Source of the DNA: Macrostomum hystrix
Taxonomy: Eukaryota > Animalia > Platyhelminthes
Assembly (NCBI GenBank): GCA_950097015.1
Contig: CATNEN010000009.1
Span: forward strand, 124,001 to 188,000
Reading direction: 5' to 3'
Length of the DNA: 64,000 bases
This document shows, piece after piece, positions 58,130-64,000 of this stretch. Within the stretch, counting starts at the first letter, position 1. Every line of letters starts with the position of its first letter. A model generated the notes under the pieces. That model was not told where the DNA came from, ran no database searches, and saw nothing but the letters and a program-made list of their open reading frames with translations. A program made the position numbers and the translations under genes.

Positions 58130-58409
58130 CATACATGTGCAACACCCGGCCGACCCGGCTGAAATGGCCGGGTGAAATGAGGGCCAAGCAAGGTAACTCA
58201 CAAAAACCAATCAACCAAGCACAAAAAAACAAAGGGGGGACCAAGGGACAAAAAAGGAAGGCATAAAGAAAAGGAAAAAGGGAAGAGAAAAAGAGAGCAA
58301 ATGAGAGCAAACTAAGTCGTAAATAGAGCAATAAAATGAACTAAGTTGCAAATGAGAGCAAAAACTAAGTTGCACGGCCGGATAAGATTTTGGAGGTTGC
58401 GCATGTATG
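58130..58409. mobile_element. MITE copy 5
   Basis: TIRs catacatgtgcaac / gttgcgcatgtatg; 8-bp TSD GTACCATT. Confidence 0.93.
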
Positions 58410-58444
58410 GTACCATTGCAATAATGGCCATACTATCAACATGG

Positions 58445-58883
58445 TAACTGTGGGAATAACAACTGGCTTATCTGCTTGGAACACTGGAGAGATAGCTTTC
58501 CAATCCCTTTGTATGTACCAAGGGAATAGCAACTAGCTAATCCACATGAAACACAGAGAGATAGTTTTCTAATCCATTTGTATTAACCATAGGAATAACA
58601 ACTGGCTTAAGTGATTGCCTTAAGTAGAGCCTATGCATGGCTGAAAAGCCCTAACCTATAAAATTGCAATTTATTTTTTTGCTTTTAAGAAAGGTAAACT
58701 CATATTTGGCATCAATTAGCTTGTTTTACTGTGTAAAAATGAAAATATGGATGGATAGGAAAATATATATAAAGCTCTCTCCATGTTCCATACAGATAAG
58801 CCAGTTGTTATTCCCATGGTATATAACAAATAGATAGGAAAGCTTTCTCTCCAGTGTTCCATGTGGATAAGCTAGCCATTCTC
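58445..58883. repeat. Foldback-like structure: ~70-bp subrepeats in inverted arms
   Basis: The gggaataacaactggcttatc..gagagatagctttcc unit starts at 58452, 58522 and 58591. Reverse-complement units (gataagccagttgttattccc etc.) lie at ~58750-58883. Confidence 0.7.
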
Positions 58884-60967
58884 ATAATAGGCCTAAGCAG
58901 AAAATTCTCATTAAGGATCCAAGTGGGTAAAATTGAAATTATCAGCATGGGACCGTGGGAATAAGCACTTACTATTTTATTAGACTGTGGGAACTGACTA
59001 ATTGACTATAACTAACCACTTTGAGACTATAGCACCTGCTGAATTCATTAGTAATGCAAAAAAACAAATGAAAATGCATTAGTGCCTACCTTGTAAACTC
59101 AAACTTCTATATGCAGCTTTCAAATTCAAACTGCCTTCAATGTTCAACTCAGCTTCCAAAGGAAGATTCAGTATAGTTATAGAACCTGTTAACTCCATTT
59201 GACTAGTTGGGCCTATGCAAATAAGCCTCAAAAGACTTTATATTTTAGCAAAAATAATTAAACAAATAAAAAATATCATGTGTATAGAAAGTAGTAGGTC
59301 TAGCTAAATAAATATAAGAAAAGTCAAAATAGGCTAGGGCCTATACTAAAGTTAAGAATTTGTTGACCTAGCTTATAAGAGAATTATGGATACCACTAAC
59401 CCTAATATAAGCATATAAAGGTATTTGTCTATACTCTGTCAATTTTGAAGAGAATAGTTAGGTCTGTGCTTTAAAACTTAATAGGGGCCTAATGATAATA
59501 AACAGCTAAGATATATTCATTTGGGCAGCTATATTATTGCCAAAAAATATTTCTTAGAAATAATGAATCACAAATGTATAGCTTTATATATATAAATAGT
59601 TACTTCCTTGACCCCCTTTCCATTCCCTTTCTTCCTCCACTTGCTCCTGATCCTCCTGATACTTTACTAGTCCTGCTCCTCTATCACCTGCTCTTCGGTT
59701 CCTAGACACTTCGTCATCTACTTTTTCGTCCTTTTGATGACGAAGTGACCAAGACTTTTACACACTTCGTCATCTCCATGATTTAAGCAGAGTGCATGTC
59801 CAACCGATGATATCAAGCCGTTTGTTGTTTAATTGCTGTCTCTTTGCTTCACGCGAATTTCGCATTCCAAATTTCGACAATTTGAAGCGAGGAGCCCCAC
59901 AATGCCATGTGGCTTTAATTTTAGTATGGGTATTTGGTGACATTGGCAAAGCCGCTAAGCAAAAACCAAGTTCCTGTTATGCAAAAACACCTGAGGTGTC
60001 AGCATGAAAAGCTTTCAAATACGAGTTTAAGCCCAGATGGTCTATCGAAGAATTATAAAGTAGAACAAATTATTTATAACTGCAAACTAATGAATTATAA
60101 CCTGCGTAATGCATAATGAAACTAAGAAAAAAAGTTATATTTTTAACGAGAAACAACTTCGTTACAGATTTTAAACATTTGCGATCGCAAAAAAACACTA
60201 AACTGGTTTTCCGTATACTGTACGCATCGGCAACTGTAGTCAACACTCATCAAGTCAGACACTGTAGTTTCTATTGCTCCTCTACCAAATGCTCCTCTAC
60301 TGGCAGCTGCTCCTCTAACCCCTGGCCCTCTACCCTCAGCTACTTTACCCCCTGTTCCTCTACCCCTGCTTCATGAGAAAAAAGAAATCATAATTAAATT
60401 GGATTAAATTGGAAGTTATAAATAATATAAATGAAAGTAAATAAGCAAGGATACGACTATCAATAAATTGCATACCGTTTCCGGAACAAAATGCCAGTTA
60501 ACCCAGAGGGATCGGTCACATATCTGCCTAGCTTGAGCCAATCAACAAACTACCATGCGTAAGTCCTCATGGACAGAAAGTTGGAATCACTATACTAGCC
60601 ATCCTTAACCTTATTTGGGAGACGATAATTGGACTATGGCCTTCCGAGCACAATCTGCAATTTCCATCCATCACCTGGGCGGACGTCTTTTGCAGAGTAA
60701 AAGCTTGCATGATCAGCTTCTACATGTAAATTAAGCGTTGCTGATCAGAATTCAAGTTCGCATGATTGAACCTGCAGGAAGTTTTTAACTCATCGGTTTT
60801 ACAAGACTTAGAAATCTGAATGGAATTTAAGTGGGCGTTAGTAGGAAGCGAAAGCTAAAAAGAGCAACAGCAGAAAGTGCGAGCAACCGAAAGGAGAATG
60901 ATTAGACAAAATCCGCCCCCAGAGATCAACTATTCATTTCAGCGCAGGCCCGGTTCGGCATGACAGC

Positions 60968-61105
60968 AGCTGTGCCGACGTGGAGCTGCCTGAGACCGGA
61001 TCCACAGAGGCGCTGACGTGGAACTGCCGGAGACCGGATCCGCAGCTGTGCTGACGTGGAATGGCCCGAGACCGGAACGCAGCTGTGCTGACGTGGAGCT
61101 CCCGG
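60968..61105. repeat. GC-rich tandem repeat, ~38-bp period, 4 copies
   Basis: The gacgtgga core occurs at 60977, 61015, 61053 and 61090; the unit is approximately gctgtgctgacgtggagctgccngagaccggatccgca. Confidence 0.8.
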
Positions 61106-62694
61106 AATCAACCCGGCCTGTCCCGACCTGCAGCTGCCTGCATCGACCCAACCCTGCCGAAACTGGAGCCGCCCGGACCCGAACGGGAATGAGATCGGGA
61201 GGAGGCCGAGACCGCACAAGAAGGCGGGATCGATGAAAGAAAAGGGGTTGGCGTGCCGGCCAACCAACTAGTCTAAGGACAATAACTGTACTAGACTCGA
61301 GGCTGCGACCTCACTCACCCCAAATTCCCATGCGTACTGTGCTATGGTATTATCTCCCCCTCGGATCGAGGGGTTTTAAAGAGACTATATATATCGGTGC
61401 GGAGCGCGGAAAAAGATTCGCCGCGCGAGTTAGTTAGAGACTCACTTTGAGTTCCGTTTAGATAAAACTTACTAGAAAGTCATTGTGTTTGCGTTCTTTC
61501 TTAAGTAGAATCAACGATAACGATCTAGAGAGATCACCACTGCCAGCCGGTATACTGAGAGTCGATTGTCGTTAGGACTTATAGCCTTCAAGACATTTAG
61601 ACTGCAATAAACCGCTAGACAAATTATAGAAAACTACAAGTGAAGAAGAAGCATAAAACCTGAAGCGCTATAGGTTTAAGCTAGGGCCTGACCGTGACAA
61701 TATAATCCAAATGCATCAGGTCTGACGGCCTGCTGTCATTACCTACTTGCATGAATGAATGCATCAGGTCTGACCCCGCTGTCATATCTACGTATGAATG
61801 CATCAGGTCGGCATACAACCCCGCGCTATAATCGGAAATCGGGCAATTGACCCTCTAAGTTGTAACTCATACGAATTAGGTTTAAGATGACATTAACTGT
61901 AGACTAAATTAATGGATGAATAACTATAGGGATGAATTCACAATGCTTCACCGCTGCATGGTCGCGTAAAATTTTTGGCCGAAAAATCGATACTCCGAGC
62001 GTATTACGAGCGTATGATTCTTAGGCGTCTTAGTCGCTTTTCGAAGTATCATGCATGTAAAATAGGTCACACGAGGTCATACTCGAGGTCATATGTCATA
62101 CTCGTACACATCAAAGTTTTGACTTGTACAAATGGCAGCAATTACTTATTTGTTATATTTTTCCGTATACACGCAAACCTAAAACGTATTGCTGTAAGTA
62201 TAGCTATATAATATAGTCTTTGTGACCACCCTGCACGATGGGGATCAGGACCCCGTCGCTGATGGATGTGTGGCTATATCCATCTCGATGGCCCTTAGTT
62301 ACGAGAGGATTCTGTTTGGGATCTTGCCATGAGAGATATATAGTTCGATGAACCATAAAAGAACCAAGCAACTCTACAAAGGCAGCTGTCGATACTGTCC
62401 AATGACAAGAGTTTTTCTCAAGATCTGCAATTACAAGGCTTGGATACGCGCTGCAGACCTGCGTAATTGTTGTTGTAAGCGTTTGAAAAGCGCTTACATC
62501 GATGTATTGAAAAAATTTTAAAAAAATATATTGAAAATACCGAATAGTCAACGTCAAACCTGCTGGCTGCACGTTTTCTCGTGGGAGCAGTCATAGCTCT
62601 GAAATTTCCGTCAGAGCATAGGATCAAGGCTACCGAAAATGTGCACTTCGGGAAATTGACTCAGGACAAGTCGAACTGGGTGTGCTTATAGAAA

Positions 62695-63299
62695 CTTGAG
62701 ACCTTGGTGCGAGAGGCAAACACATTAGACCTCTCTGCCACTCACCTAAGCCTGAAAATCACGCTTGAGACCTTGGTGCGAGAGGCAAACATATTAGACC
62801 TCTCTGCCACTCACCTAAGCCTGAAAATCACGCTTGAGACCTTGGTGCGAGAGGCAAACACATTGGACCTCTCTGCCACTCACCTAAGCCTGAAAATCAC
62901 GCTTGAGACCTTGGTGCGAGAGGCAAACACATTAGACCTCTCTGCCACTCACCCAAGCCTGAAAATCACGCTTGAGACCTTGGTGCGAGAGGCAAACACA
63001 TTAGACCTCTCTGCCACTCACCCAAGCCTGAAAATCACGCTTGAGACCTTGGTGCGAGAGGCAAACATATTAGACCTCTCTGCCACTCACCCAAGCCTGA
63101 AAATCACGCTTGAGACCTTGGTGCGAGAGGCAAACACATTAGACCTCTCTGCCACTCACCCAAGCCTGAAAATCACGCTTGAGACCTTGGTGCGAGAGGC
63201 AAACACATTGGACCTCTCTGCCACTCACCCAAGCCTGAAAATCACGCTTGAGACCTTGGTGCGAGAGGCAAACACATTAGACTGCTCTGCCACTCACCC
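62695..63299. repeat. Tandem repeat, 69-bp unit, ~8.8 copies
   Basis: Units start at 62695 and every 69 bp to 63247. The + strand frame is open (TLVREANTLDLSATH(L/P)SLKITLE). Confidence 0.97.
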
Positions 63300-63811
63300 C
63301 CTCTAGTCAGCGACTTGGTTGGCAACGTCTAATTGATCTCTCCTTATATTTTTTCTATAATGCCTGAGCGCATTCTTCTTATTGAGAGCCATGCAGGCAG
63401 ACAAGAAACAGTTAAGAAGAATAAAGAAATAGCAAATGTACCATCCTGCCAAGGAAAGGGCCTGCTAACTCAACCCGTTTTGACTCAAGCCCGCGATGAC
63501 TGGCCTCAGTAAAGGGCTGTAGCAGTCTGCGCATTCATTGGGGCCGGCATAATGAAAATACGAGTTTACTAGTCAGCGCTGCAGGCTGGTCTCAAGCATC
63601 ATGGGCACGAGACCAGCGGCTTTTAATCGTGTTGACTGACCCTAAATGGACACCCAACTAGACACGTGCACGTGGCCCACCCCACCCAGAGCAGAGAGAC
63701 CAGGCATTCAACGCTGCAATAAAACAGCCATGCAGCTGCCGCATCGCATATGAGGCAGCGATAAAGTAAACAAGCTTGAGCTAGTTACCCGAATTTGCAC
63801 TCCGAAAAATA

Positions 63812-64000
63812 ATGGCTTCAAGAATTTGCTCAAACCCGTGGCTGCCCACCCTGTGCTTGTTGTTAGTTTCCGCCGTGGTGCTGGCTGAGTCTCATGAGGC
63901 CGAGTTTGGTGATTCTCAAAGTGAGTTAAGCGTTTAGTTTTACTGGCCTGCTCATTTATAATTGTCGTTTGTTTTCATTTCAGATTGGGTGGCACTGGGC
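63812..64000 (+). CDS. First two exons of a secreted or membrane protein (partial; runs off the right edge)
   Basis: ATG 63812-63920 (donor GTGAGT), 63-nt intron with pyrimidine tract and tttcag, exon 2 from 63984 in frame: MASRICSNPWLPTLCLLLVSAVVLA-ESHEAEFGDSQNWVALG (signal-peptide-like). Not in the ORF track. Confidence 0.7.

Noticed and set aside
57445-58331. Track ORFs MLYLRLSLL.. (also 2631, 30318) as a membrane-protein family
   Set aside because: They are chance frames through the T-rich strand of the MITE, with non-ATG starts and variable ends.
60926-61700. 3' end of an LTR retrotransposon (PPT aaagaaaagggg, ..gtgaca at 61698)
   Set aside because: No integrase motif upstream, and the LTR start and TSD could not be defined; only the ~38-bp tandem repeat is reported.

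Overview
This is eukaryotic (metazoan) genomic DNA: spliced genes with GT-AG introns, embedded in a dense, nested transposon landscape. GC-rich, Ala/Gln/Pro-rich exons among AT-rich introns suggest a flatworm such as Macrostomum, but this is inference only. Host genes I could reconstruct by hand: a 4-exon PRXL2C/AAED1-like peroxiredoxin-like gene (+); an NR1J (HR96/DAF-12-type) nuclear receptor (-); a three-thioredoxin-domain TXNDC5/ERp46-like PDI (-); PUF60 (-); an unassigned 276-aa ORF (+); and the first two exons of a signal-peptide protein at the right edge (+). The ORF track misses a THAP-domain/P-element-transposase-like ORF that runs off the left edge (792->1, minus). Mobile DNA includes five copies of one MITE family (14-bp CATACATGCGCAAC TIRs, 8-9-bp TSDs), an IS630/Tc1/mariner-like deletion derivative, a Merlin deletion derivative, a hAT-like MITE, two piggyBac relics and a probable non-autonomous Helitron. 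Retroelements include a tRNA-derived CORE-like SINE, an RTE LINE with TSD, a near-full-ORF2 RTEX-like LINE, a Ty3/Gypsy element with an uninterrupted pol, and several Gypsy and BEL/Pao relics. There are two homogeneous tandem arrays (32 x 44 bp; about 8.8 x 69 bp). I found no CRISPR array, rRNA or true tRNA gene. The best lead for an undescribed system is a possible P-type transposase/MITE pair; the link between the two is unproven.
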